A DNA stretch of 63,394 bases, counting the filler, from Kipferlia bialata (lineage: Eukaryota), in NCBI GenBank assembly GCA_003568945.1. It is 4 parts of 4 records of this genome, joined end to end, with 100 filler letters (N's around TTAATTAATTAA, not from the genome) between each part and the next. Parts side by side here need not be neighbours in the genome. Positions count along the whole stretch, not along the records: positions 29,108 to 47,182 come from BDIP01000143.1; positions 47,283 to 58,985 come from BDIP01000149.1; 2 more parts are not named here. One strand, written 5' to 3'. Within the stretch, counting starts at the first letter, position 1. Every line of letters begins with the position of its first letter. Positions 38,279-50,730 of the stretch are shown here, in pieces. The position numbers and the translations under genes were made by a program. The notes beneath the pieces were generated by a model. The model saw only the letters and a program-made list of their open reading frames with translations. It ran no database searches and was not told where the DNA came from.

Positions 38279-41200
38279 GTATATACAGATGTGTGTATAT
38301 ATATGTATATATATGTGTGTATATGACTCACTCTTAGGGCCTTGTGTCCAACCGGCCTGTCAGTGGTAGCATAGCCCACACAGACCCCCTGTGCCCACCT
38401 ACTGCACACACACCGGGGGTTGTTGACGAGGGTGAGTATATATAGTGTTTACACACTCTTAAGTTTTCCTCCCCGTTGCCTTCCACTCCATCCAAGTATA
38501 TTTAGAGTACATATAGTGTTCATGTATATGAAACCTCTTACTTCAGCCACGCTGTCCCCCCTACCCGTCGCCTCCCACTCTGTGCTGATACCTGCTGTGT
38601 CTCTATCATCCCTAGCCAGGTACATATGTGACAGCATATATAGTATATACAGCATAGAGAGAGAGAAAGAGAGAGAGAGAGCATGTATCATACTGACACT
38701 GACACTGATACCAGGTGCATATGCAACAGCATCGACAGCATGAGACCTGTGGCACTGGACATGCACAGACAGTGGGCATCAATTGCAGGTATAGTGTATA
38801 TATGTATCTATATATATATATATACCCATGTATATATTCACCCCAGGCGAGTACATCTGTGGGTCTGAGCGTGTGTATGTTGTATGTCTATTTATGAGTA
38901 TAAGTATAGTATACATTGATCTACCCTAACCCCCAGGCGAGTACATCTGTGGGTCTGAGCGTGTGTATGACCCAAGGACAGAGGAGTCAGGACAGAGGGA
39001 GAGCAGGAGGGAGAGAGACCCCTCTGACTATCTGGTACCTGTCCTAGGGGAGGCAGAGGACCTGTACTTCCTGACTAAGGTGTGATTATGGTGTTACCTC
39101 ACTACTCGTATATATATGTAGAGAGAGAGAGAGAGGACCTGTACTTCTTGACAAAGGTATGGTATTGTTACTATACCACTCGAATAACTGTAACATTGCA
39201 TGCCCCCCCCCCCCCTCACCCTCAGATGCTCACCCCCACCTCTCTGTCCCCCATCGGCATTGAGTCCAACTCCCTCATATCCCTGCCCTTATTGGTGGAT
39301 GACAGTGGCCTGGTGTCAGTCAAGGAGAGGCTAGGCAGAGTGTCAGATGTGGATGAGGTATGAATTATATATATACNAGGAGAGGCTAGGCAGAGTGTCA
39401 GATGTGGATGAGGTATGAATTATATATATACGTGTGTATATATATACTTCCATATATATATGTATGGGTGGATGACAGTGGCCTGGTCTCAGTCAAGGAG
39501 AGGCTGGGGAGAGTGTCAGATGTGGATGAGGTTAGTGTGTGTGTATGTGTGAGTATACATATGTGTATTCCCCTTGCATCCAGCCCTCTCACCGTAGGTT
39601 GGCACTGATCTCAATGCCACTGTGATCAGTGTACTATAGAGTGTTAATCAATCATTGCATATTGTTATCTATATATATATATATACATAACATTCCCCTA
39701 ACCACTCAGGTTGGTACCGACCTCAATGACACTGTGATCAGTGTCGTTGCCCACATTGTCAAGAGTGAGCAGATACTGTCTGGCAGTAGGGCACCCAGTC
39801 AGATGGTGGACCCGAGGTATGGTAGTAGATATATGTAGTATGATCCAAGTGTATATATGAGGGTAGTGTATACCTACATATATATGCTGTCTGGCAGTAG
39901 AGCCCCATCCCAGATGGTGGACCCAAGGTATAGTAGCAAGTATATATAGTATGATCCTAGTATATGTATGTGGGTAGTGCACACATATATATTGAGTGGC
40001 AGTAGAGCCCCCGATAAGATTGTGGACCCATGGTATAGTAGTGTATATAGTAGTGTATAGAGACCCGTAATACACATACGATTTGTGGAATTTGTATTCA
40101 TATCCCTATTCTCACCCCCCAGGGTCTCCCTGCGCATCCGTGCCCTTGGCTCCATGTCCACATTCCTATCGGACTCAGAGGCACTACGTACACGTCTCGC
40201 TGCTAGGTATTGTTGCATATGGTATATATAGTTATACATGTGGTACATGAATACTCTACATGTCCACATTCCTGTCAGACTCAGAGACACTCAGGATAAG
40301 GATGGCTGCAAGGTAATACTGCATATGGTAGATTCATTTGATTTATACAAGAATCTATAAATGTATACTTTATATAACCTACCCTCACCCCCAGGGTGCC
40401 TGAGTGCATTGTGCGTAGACAGCTTGTGCACTGTCTGAGACAGATGGAACTATGCCTGGGGGACGACATGCAGCAGGTATAGTGAGTATGTATATTTATA
40501 AGTATACGTATAAAGTATATACAATATATTCAATATTTACAATACAGTCGTACAATATGAGTGTGTGCTCTCTATCATATGGAGCTGTGTCTGGGGGACG
40601 ACATGCAGCAGGTATTGCCTTGTTATGTTTATGACGTTGTGTAGTGGATTGACTATGCAATATGCATTAATACTGTGAGAGACGGAGCTGTGTCTGGGGG
40701 ATGATATACAGGCTGTATATACTTATCCCCCAGATCCGCAGTGCCAAGGAGTCCCTGTCTGCCTCGATGACCAACAGAGTCACGCTGGTGCTGGACAAGG
40801 AGGCTATCAAGGGTGAGTGAATGTATATGTATGTATTGAGAGAGCATGTGTAGAGAGACAGAGAAAGAATTATACTGGTGCAGGACAAGGAGGCCATCAA
40901 GGGTATGGGTATACATGTATGTGTATATATAGAAAGTGAGAGTGCATGTATAGAGAGAGAGAGAGTATCACACTGGACAAGGAGGCCATCAAGTGTACGG
41001 GTGTGTATGTATATATGGCACGGTATTTATATATCCATCTCTGACCCCAGGCACTGCCGCCCTCCCCCAGGTCCACCCTGCCTCACCTGCTGCAGCACTC
41101 AAGAGACAGGTAAGTATGCATTGAGATGATTGTATGGTATATAGGAGTGTGTGTCTAGTTCATATACAGTTAGTTCATATACATATTGCACAAGCTCGTC

Positions 41201-43514
41201 TTATGTCCAGTTCAACCGGTACACCCCCACCCAATCTGTGGCATCAGCATCAGTGACCGTTCCAGGAGAGAGAGTAGTAGAGAAGGAGAGAGAGAGAGAG
41301 AAGGAGAGACAGAGAGAGTCTGCCCCTAAGGTGGCACCTGTCAGACAGAGAGAGAGACCTAAGGAGAGGGCCCCTGTCCCTGTGCGCACTGTGTCCATTG
41401 TGGATGGAAGGGTGGAGGGGGTGGAGAGAGAGAGGGAGGGAGAGAGAGATGCACGGACAGAGAGGGGTGCTCCTCCTGTATCCCGCCCCACCCCCGTTGT
41501 GTCCATGCACATCAGTGACATACTCGGTATGGACAAGGGGGAGACAGAGGGGGAGGGGGAGGGGGAGATGGAGAGAGAGGGAGATGGGCATGATGATGCT
41601 GACTACCCCTCCACCCTGTCTGGCTACAAGGACTTTGCAATATCATCAGTGTCAACAGGTGGGTATTTATGTATAGAGACACACCCGCATATACATATGT
41701 ATGTATAGAGACATGTATATGTCCCACAATGATATAACATATCCTCAGTGGTCAGGTATGTTATAGTATAAACTTGTATCAACCTCACCCCCCCCAGGCC
41801 ATATGACCCCCCTTCTCACTGCCTCCCAGTACAACTCCACCCAGAGGCCACAGATGGGACACACGGCTAGGTAGATTTTTATATATATACACCTACATAA
41901 GCATATATTCTAGATACTGCTCGATATGTGGGAATTATTGACATTGGGCACTCGACTAGGTATTATTGTTGTACATTATTCTCTATATTGTTCATATTAC
42001 CTTATCCACCCCCAGCTACTCGTCCCTAGTCTCGAGGGTCAATATATATCTATATATATCAAAATACTTATATACATGACACATACATATTTATGTCATC
42101 TCATCCAACCCCAGCTACTCGTCCCTTGTGTCCCGGGTCAGTGGCATGGGGCGTCCATCCTACACCACCACCCAGGCTCAGAGACAGCGTATGGGCAGCA
42201 GTGGCTCATTCACATCAACATCTATGACATCAATGGGGCAGAGGGGGCCTCTGATGCCATCCACCTCTAGTGCATCTGGTGCAGCTAGTGCCGCTAGACA
42301 GAGACCATCCATGAGGGGCCATGTGTATAGACCACTGGGATCACCCATGCACCCATCGCCTGGAGGGTCATCCCTGTTCAAGTACGTCTAGTCATATATA
42401 CACATATATAAATACATATATATGTATATACTTCTATATATACGCTTATTATGGGGTATCAATGCACCCAGCCCCAGAGGGCTCATCACTCTCAAAGTAT
42501 GTCTGAGCAATTGTATACGTGTCCATATTATGAATGGACTTATGCAGTTGTATCTCCTTCCACCCCAGCCCCTCCCAGTCCAGTCTGGGCCATGTATCAG
42601 GCAGTCCATCCTATCACCCAGGGTACACACCTAGGTAGAGTGTATGTATTTATGTATATACGTATTTTGTGTATGTGGATATATTAATAGTGCGATATAT
42701 GGATTACCCAACCTAACCCCCAGTGCCACCCACCGTGACTGGGAGGAGAAGCAGTACCACAGGGAAGGGGAGAGGGAGAGGCAGATACACGAGGAGGTGA
42801 GGATGGAGAGGGAGAGAGAGAGGGGACTCGAGGGTGCCACCCTGGCAGAGGAGGAGGAGTGGGAGGGGGAGGAGGAGGTGATCATGGGGGAGGCTGAGAT
42901 CCAGGCCATCCTGTCCCCCCCACCCCCACCCAGCCACCCTAGACCCAGTGCTGGTAGGGCATCACCACCTGTACCTGTCTATGTGCAGCCTGGGTCACCC
43001 CCTGCTGTCAGTGTGGAGGATGTAGTAGGGGCAGAGGCAGGGGGGAAGACAGAAGGGGAGGGAGAGAGAGAGGGGATGCCTGAGTCTCAGCCAGCACAGC
43101 CCATGCAGGAGCCAGGCGCTAAGGTAATGGTGTCATATCCTGGGAGTATATGTCCGTTTGTATAGTACTACTTACTTACTCTTTCAGGCAGGATACCAAG
43201 TATTATGTGATATATTGTGTTCAATATGTCATTACTATCAATTATATTCCAGTATGTCTGTGCTCACCCCCAGCCAGCCGTGAGTGCCCACCCGACACAC
43301 ACACAGACAGAGGGCAAAGAGGTATGTGTTCTTTTGTGTGGTTATTAAACCGGTGTGTGCCATTACTTCAACATTGACCCCAGGACCCTGCCTTCTACTA
43401 TGTTTGCATGTATATGTGTTGAGTATTATGTATGCCTATACATGTATTAACCCCCAGGACCCTGCCTTCTACTCCCTGCTTGCCTCCTTCAGAGACAGGC
43501 AGAGTAAGAGGTAG
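29252..43514 (+). CDS. Very large multi-exon hypothetical protein (possibly more than one gene), many short exons
   Basis: Dozens of short GC-rich exons with ctcacccccag-type acceptors and GT donors in AT-rich (TA)n introns. Frames checked at several junctions are compatible. Last exon PAFYSLLASFRDRQSKR* ends at 43514. Confidence 0.55.
33866..34247 (+). repeat. Exon-end echo array, 4 copies (ALPGVGSWLDSLYAAIADT(S/P)|gt)
   Basis: Four ~60-nt copies, each ending in GT and separated by (TA)-rich spacers. Confidence 0.92.
35917..36622 (+). repeat. Exon-end echo array, 8 copies (IAAGTVT(M/L)EQ|gt)
   Basis: ...acagtcacNNtggagcag|gt ends at about 35946, 36043, 36136, 36218, 36337, 36410, 36518 and 36622. 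Confidence 0.92.
36777..37263 (+). repeat. Exon-end echo array, 5 copies (LSLIGDILATAAIPLG|gt)
   Basis: Copies start at about 36777, 36877, 36993, 37112 and 37216, and each ends in G|GT. Confidence 0.93.
39776..40032 (+). repeat. Exon-end echo array, 3 copies (LSGSRAPSQMVDP|gt)
   Basis: Copies at 39776, 39887 and 39992. Confidence 0.9.
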
Positions 43515-43723
43515 AGGGGGAGAGGGAGGGAGAAGAGAGAGAAGAGAGAGAAGGCACACCCACATAATGAGTGTGTTGTATCGAGTATTGAGTGTAAAAA
43601 TAGATGGATGAAGCGACTGGTCCTTAAGCAGCACTAATACCCTACCCTGTCAACGAATACTCATTTACTCAGAACGAGGGTTACACAAACACACTAAACA
43701 CTCTGTCATGTGGCTGGGATCAC

Positions 43724-44248
43724 TCACTGCCTGCTCTGCTTTCTCTTGACCCCTCCCCTGTTACTGCTCTGCCTTCCTCCCTTGCCCCCCTTCTTGGATG
43801 GGGTGTTGGGGCCCTTGTTCCTAGACCCCTTGGACTTGGACTTGCCCTGAGTTGAGGGGGGGGGGGGGGGGGGGGTTTGGGGGAGCGGGAGAGGGAGGGA
43901 GGGCAACACGGTGGTATAGACAGACCCTACCTTTCTGAGGTCCAGGTGCAGTGCCTCCATGAAGTCTGCCCTCGAGTCGATGAGGCCTAGGTCAGATGGG
44001 GGTCGGATATATTTATGGATATGAATCAGTCTCTCTCGACCCATTGGATGACAACTACGCATATACATACCTTTCTTGAGGCTCTTGAGTGCCTTCAGCA
44101 CTGTCTTGGTGTCCCCGAGCCTGCGTCTGTACGCTGAGACCAGGTCAGCATAGAGGGCCTCTGCACCCTCCTGCGATAGAGGCTCAGTGTCCACCACTCG
44201 CTGCTGGCCCATCTCGAGACTATCATGGGTCGAGGCAGCTTGGTACAT
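43724..44248 (-). CDS. Small hypothetical protein with basic Lys/Gly/Ser-rich C-terminus, 3 exons
   Basis: ATG at 44248; exons MYQAAS...KALKSLKK|GLIDSRADFMEALHLDLRK|GKSKSKG...KRKQSRQ*, separated by GT-AG introns. Confidence 0.6.
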   Translation of the reverse strand: MYQAASTHDSLEMGQQRVVDTEPLSQEGAEALYADLVSAYRRRLGDTKTVLKALKSLKKGMYMRSCHPMGRERLIHIHKYIRPPSDLGLIDSRADFMEALHLDLRKVGSVYTTVLPSLPLPLPQTPPPPPPSTQGKSKSKGSRNKGPNTPSKKGGKGGRQSSNRGGVKRKQSRQ

Positions 44249-44635
44249 CAAGGGAAGCTGATTGATCGGTGTGGGTGAAGCGTAGGTGTGACAACCGTTC
44301 GTTCATATCCACCTACACAGAGTAAAGAGACTCTCCACACACAAGACGAGAATCAATTACGTGACCATTTCGAAAAAGCCAACGCAGATGATTCCGAAAA
44401 AGAATCAATGTTAGTAAAGCTTAACAGCCAGTTTAGCACTAGTAAGTAAGAAACACAAGTTATACTATGTGTTAGATTACAGAGCAATATCTGATATGAT
44501 ATAGATCTATGTCACAATAGACGGAATAGATATATGTGATAATAATATGATATAATATATGTGAGGGACACGACAATGATATAACACATGAATACAGTAT
44601 TCATAAATATATAATTAGGTGCATCTATTTTGCCC

Positions 44636-46099
44636 TCAGCCTGCGAGGTCTGAGAGGCACATGTCGTTGTCACCCTGCCTTACCCCCCTGGTCTGGGCAT
44701 GGCTGTATGCACTCAGGATGGCCCCGTCCAGCACAGTCACCAGAGACTCATAGGCTGAGCTCTCCGTGTCCTCCCCAGCCAGGCCCAGCCCACAGGACAC
44801 GATGTCTGCGGCATCAGCCCACCTGACCATCAGGGCATGCATCTGGTGGGGCGACAGAGGTAAGGGTCTGAGGTCCAGCAGGGGGAGGCCCACGGACAAC
44901 AGGTGCACCAGGTAGACCAGGGGCATGGATCTGTCACAGGCCAGGTCCACCAGCCTGTCTGCCGCCTCCTGGTACAGACCAGATGCGATCAGACCCTCCA
45001 GCCTCAGCAGGCCAGACGCCAGACACACCTCGGGCACATCCAGGTTGCCCTCGAGGTCCCTGACCAGCCTCTGCCTCAGCAGCACCCTCTCCACCCCCAC
45101 CCCCCTGTCGCTCAACACGTCAGACACCAGGGCACGGGCCTCGTCCTTGGCCCCACTGGCAGCCAGCCAGTACACTGCGGCGGACTGCCTCCCCGGCCCG
45201 CCCTCCCTCCCAGCGGCACTCAGGGCCACACACGTGTCGTTGGCCACCTTCCTGCACCCGTGGTTGTCACACAGACAGAAGAAGGCAGAGATCTCTGTCT
45301 GGGAGGTGCCGTTAGTGATGTGCTGGGCTGCCTCGGTGAGTATGGCCCTGACCACCCCCTGCAGAGTGGTGACACTCAGGGAGGCAGGGTCAGAGGCCCC
45401 CCCCTGCCCGGCCAGGGGTGCCCACTCCAGATAGGCCAGGGCCATGTGGTACCCGGTGCGCATGGAGGCTGCCAGGGTCTGGGCCAGGGTGACCAGGCTC
45501 TGCTGTCTTCGCACCAGGGCACTCTTGAGCCGGATGGTCTCCCCGTCGATGTGGGACAGGAGGTCGCACAGGTGCACAGACACAAACAGGTTGCTGGACG
45601 CACATATCATGCCCAGGGCGGTGTCTGCCTCAAACTGGCCACAGTACCACAGCACATTGCGCACAAGGTCCTGGGTCAGGAGGGTGGGGGGGGGAAGTTG
45701 ACAGGGAAGGATAGATAGCAAACGCATCAGATATCATACACCTGTAAGATATATGATGTAACAATACAAGTATGCACCATCAACCATACTTATCATATAC
45801 TCACCTGGGCCGCCACAGGCTTGGGGTCGGATATCTCTGAGACAGACGCACCCACTGCCTCCATCTTCTTGCATATCTAGGGGTGAGCACTAGATACATA
45901 CATACATATATACCGAGCCACGAGAGTGACAGTGCAGGTGCTATCCATGTGTGTGATTGACATATGTACCTGTGAGATGTGCAGCACAGGCACCCCCACC
46001 GACACCTTGGTCTGGGAGTTCTTGAGCTGGGTGAGCAGAGAGTCCACCCAGGGGGCACCGGTCTCAGCAGATACGGCCTCAAGCACACAGAGAAGAGTG
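44636..46099 (-). CDS. NUP85: Nup85-like nucleoporin, C-terminal portion
   Basis: Recalled resemblance to Nup85 segments in the correct order: FVSVHLCDLL (WFVAHLTDLL), MALAYLEWAP (LGVDYFDYCP), SAAVYWLAASGAKD (SALSWSIRAKD), EAADRLVDLACDRSMPLVYLVHLLSVGLPLL...QMHALM (DAASLLLSLMTSRIAP...LLTDALPLL...QTYELM). Confidence 0.65.
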
Positions 46100-46295
46100 C
46101 TGGGGGTGAGAGGAGGAGAAGACAGTGAGAGAGAGAGACTGAGGTAATGGAAGCCATCAGGATGACTCCCAATATGAGAGAGAGAGGTAGAGAGAAAGGG
46201 GGGGGGGGGGGGGGGGGGGGATACAAAAACTTGAGAAAGACATCGTACCACCTTGCTAGGTTGAACTCATACACAGACACAGTATAACAACCCTA

Positions 46296-46911
46296 CCTGC
46301 ATGTTGTGAATGTGCCCAGGAATGCAATGTTGAACATGAAGGCAGCAAGGCCCTGGGATCAGAGAGAGGGGAGGGGGGGGGTAGAATACCCGGATTGTGT
46401 GCCGCTACGAGTAGCTAGAATACAACAGAGCCGCACTGCACCATGTCTCTCTCAATAGCAAAGAGAGACAAGCCTTCAACCCACTAGTATATATATAGCT
46501 CTCCCACCTTGGGTTCTTGATGAATGGCAGGAAGAATCCGACCAGGGGCATGGCAAGGAGGGGCAGGAAGAGCAGGATGTCTCCCATGGCGGCGCCTAGG
46601 CATAAGTAGGGAGTGGGTATACATTCAGTGCAGTATCAAGGTGAACTAAGTACATGTTGCAGATACAGGGAATGGGGGGCAATAATTATGCACTATTCTT
46701 AGGGCACACTCCACTCACAAAGTCATATCAGAACGTAACATAATAACAGAGTCAAAAGGGCTACCCCTGCGCACAGACCGAGACGTTATATTCACACCGA
46801 ATGTGCTCAAACAATATACTCCTGTCCACCAACCACATATCTGCCAAACTATCGTGACGCAGTACCTGTAAGGTCGCACAGCATGAGCGTGAAGTCGTCG
46901 AATCCACCCAT
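46296..46911 (-). CDS. 5' exons of a hydrophobic/membrane protein; link to downstream exons unclear
   Basis: ATG at 46911: MGGFDDFTLMLCDLT|GAAMGDILLFLPLLAMPLVGFFLPFIKNPR (phase-1 intron fits), then a further hydrophobic exon at about 46296-46351. Confidence 0.45.
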
Positions 46912-47182
46912 CTCTGCAGGTTACCTCGACAGAGAGAGAGTAAGGTTTGGCTCAGTCAGCCAAAGCGAAACGAATAAATCTCCGTGGAATCGATCGGCAA
47001 ATTCCTTCGATTTTCCGAATCTGGCTCTTGAATTTGATGCCTTCGACTACTCTCTTATACATCGTGTGGCACTCTGGCCTGTGTGTATAAGAGAGCTGAC
47101 TCTCAGTGGTAGACATATCACTCCTAGCTCTTCAGCCTCCCCCCCCCCCCCCCCCCTCACCCCCCCCCCCCCCCTCGCCGCC

Positions 47183-47282
47183 NNNNNNNNNNNNNNNNNN
47201 NNNNNNNNNNNNNNNNNNNNNNNNNNTTAATTAATTAANNNNNNNNNNNNNNNNNNNNNNNNNNNNNNNNNNNNNNNNNNNN
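47183..47282. other. Artificial contig linker N44-TTAATTAATTAA-N44
   Basis: 100 nt, cassette at 47227-47238. Confidence 0.97.
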
Positions 47283-47579
47283 GCAGCAATCCGGCGGAGT
47301 TCACTGAATAGATCAGAGCCCCCCTTGGCATGCTCGTTAGTTAGATTGGCTCAGATCTGTTTTTGGTTCCAAGCGCTAAACCCTTTTGCCACCTTGACTT
47401 GTCATACCGACAGCACCCTCTCTTTCAGGCCTATCGTAGTCTCTTGTATACCCTTGGTTACTCTAGGACAGAACAGGAAGGCGTAGTGACTACCTGCTTG
47501 CAGTGCGGTGGAGTGTTTAGGGTCCAGCAGGAGAGAGTCTTGAGTTGAGGGAGAAGAGAGAGAGAGAGAGAGAGAAGAG

Positions 47580-50500
47580 ATGCCACCCCCACGTAACAGG
47601 CGCAACAGAAATGCTGGGAGGCAACAGAAGGTACATAGTGAGTGTAAATATTCTTATACGTATGTAGTGTCGGCATATGTGGCTAGAGAGTGGAGCTACA
47701 CTGGACACGTCTCATGACGGTCAGACACTGTATGACGTATACTTACCCCCCACCCCCCTCCCATACATACGAATGTGGTCATATCCTAATACCAGAAGAA
47801 GAAGTCTGGCTTTGGGGGTCAGAGGGCAGGGGGCAGTGCAGTGAGGTAGGGTGTGTTGTCTCTTCATGATCCTTCTCTCTCCTCTCTCTTGTGTTCGACA
47901 TCCCCTCTCTTTCCTATCCTATCACCTCCAGCACTGGCCTGACACCTCTCTGTCCCTCTCTCTCCTACTTATTGTTTCTTGTAGCATTATTGTATTTATA
48001 CTCTCGTTTATATTCTAACCCCCAGCACCGGCCTGTCCCTCCCCTCCCTGTCCGACACGTCTCTCTCTCTCCCTCCCTCCCTCTCTCTCTCTCTCTCTCT
48101 CCCACTCACTATATCTTACAGTCAGTACTGGTCTGTCCCTCCCCTCCCTGTCCGACACGTCTCCCTCCCCCTCCCCACCCAGCACCTCCATATCCGTCAT
48201 AGGCAGTGAGAGACCTGCACCTGCATCTGCACTCAGGCCTGAGCCAGAAGTAGAGACAGAGAGTGTAGTTGTCACCACCTCTGTTGAGGTAGAGCCAGAG
48301 AGAGAGAGAGAGGCAGAGCCAGAGCCAGACATGGATGATGCCGATGGGTGGGGCGATGTGGAGATTGACGAGGAGTTCCTGGACAGCATCAGTGCAGACA
48401 TTAAGGGTGTAGAGGGAGAGAGAGAGAGGGAGGGAGAGGGAGAGGAGGCCCAGGAGCTCGATGACGTGGACTCTGTGCCTGAGCATAAGGGTGCAGAGGG
48501 AGAGGGAGAGGGAGATGGGTGGGAGGGTGTTGTCGGAGAGGGCCTGTCTCTCTCGATAGAGGAGCCCTCCGGCCAGGCCTCCTACACCATGTCCCCACCA
48601 CTCACCATGTCACCTGCTGCTCTCTCTCTCTACGTGGGAGAGGGGGAGGAGGAGAGAGAGAGAGAGGGGTGTGGGGAGAGGTCAGTGGTACACACACCTG
48701 AGAGAGCACACAGAGAGGAGCAGGTGAGAGGAGAGGGAGAGGGAGAGATGATCTATGGGGATGAGACCCTACTGGAGTCAGGCGTGGGAGAGGGAGAGGC
48801 AGAGGGGGAGGGGGAGAGAGAGGCACAGCTGTGGGCAGAGGGTGTGGATGACACCGATATAGTGGTGGATGATATCCCTCAGCAGCCTAGCGAGGAGGAG
48901 GGGAGAGAGAGAGAGGAGGAGAGAGAGGGAGAGGCCCAAGCTGAGACTGAGCCCCACGCAGAGGTAGAGACAGAAGAGACACCTTCTGTTGAGGCTGTGC
49001 AGGCAGAGGGGGGGAGAGGGGGGGAGAGAGAGGATGATGTCCTTGTGGCCCCTGTCTCTGACGCAGAGATCAAGACAGAGACAGAGGGAGAGGGTGAGGG
49101 TGAGGGTGAGATAGAGGCAGAGGTTGTGGTCGAGCCCCCCTCCTCTGTAGAGGATGTTCCTTCTCCTGCCTCCGTCACTGAGGGAGGCGCCGCAGATGAG
49201 GTAGAGACAGCGGCAGAGAGAGAGACAGAGAGGGAGATGGGGAGAGAGACAGAGCCAGAGGCCACCTCAGTGTACGAGGTACCCTCTCCATCTCCATCTG
49301 CAGAGGCTGAGACTGAGACAGAGGCAGAGGGAGAGGGTGAAGCTGTGGTTGAGACAGAGCCAGAGCCAGTACCCGAGCATGAGGCAGAGGCAGATACTGT
49401 TGTGGAGGAGGGAGAGAGGGAGGCAGAGACTGTAGTGGAGCCAGAGTCTGAGGCCGTAGAGACAGAGGCTGAGGCTGTCGCTGTGAGTGAGGCTGTGGAG
49501 ACTGAAACCCCTGCAGAGGAGGATGACAGAGAGGGGGAGAGAGAGACCGAGGTTGCCGTCGCCGCCTCTGAGGGAGAGAGAGAGACAGAGAGAGAGAGAC
49601 ACATGCCACCCCCCTCTGAGAACTCCTCTGTGGTAGACCTAGTGGTAGAGGCAGCGGTACCCACCCCACCCACACCCATATCCACCCACACCCTGCCTGT
49701 GGGTCAGTCCCCACTCTGCGCTGCACCTATATCCTTCACATCCAGTGAGAGAGAGGGAGAGAGAGAGGGCATGCAGGTGGGTGGTGTGTACACATCCTCA
49801 GGGGAGGAGTATGGGGAGGAGGAGGTGTCCATGGCACTCGTCAGTGAGGTGGAGAGAGAGAGAGAGGGAGAGAGGGAGAGAGAGGGAGTGGCCTCCCCTA
49901 TGGGGGTTATGGGTGAGAGGGAGAGAGAGACTGGGGATGTCACTGTCTTTGTGCCCAAGCCACTAGTAGAGGAGGGAGAGGAGAGAGAGAGAGAGGTAGA
50001 GGCAGAGGCAGAGAGTGGAGCCCCCCCTCCCCCTCTCCCCACCATCCCCATGTCCATCCCCTCCCTCACCCCTGAGCCTGCATTCATGGTGGCACCCCCT
50101 CTCTCTCTCCCTCTTCAGTCTCCCATTGAGGCAGAGGGAGAGGGGGAGAGAGAGAGAGAGAGTGCACTGCAGAGAGAGAACTCTGAGCTGAGGACAGAGG
50201 TGGAGAGACTCAGGGACCAGCTCGAGAGAAACAGGTATTTGGGTGTCATACAGTCATTATGTATATAATGTGTTATCTCTGTACCTAACCCGTCAGATAC
50301 TCCGATACCCGTGGGAGAGTGGCTGAGCTGGAGGAGCATATGGAAATATATATATTTATATATGTATAGTATAGTGTACACCAATGTCTTTTCCTCTTAC
50401 ATTCAGGTATTCCGACACCAGAGGCAGGGTGGCTGAGCTGGAGGAGGTTGTGGAGATGCAGAGACAACACATCGCAGAGATGGAGAACCAGATGAAGGTA

Positions 50501-50697
50501 CATGGAATAGTTGATATATATATATATTCATGAATGGAGAGAGGGGGAGAGAGAGAGAGTGTCTGGGGAAGGGTCGGCACATCACAGGGATGGAGAACCA
50601 GATGAAGGTATGGGATATATTGGGTATATGTATATATATATACTCTTTCATTGGTGGAGATCACATTGCTGATATGGAGAAAGAAGAAGAAGTGTTG

Positions 50698-50730
<33 letters not shown>

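Noticed and set aside
39323..39431. Exact ~54-nt tandem duplicate around a single n at 39377
   Set aside because: Identical copies split by one N are a scaffolding overlap artefact. Only the diverged copy at about 39467-39530 counts as an echo.
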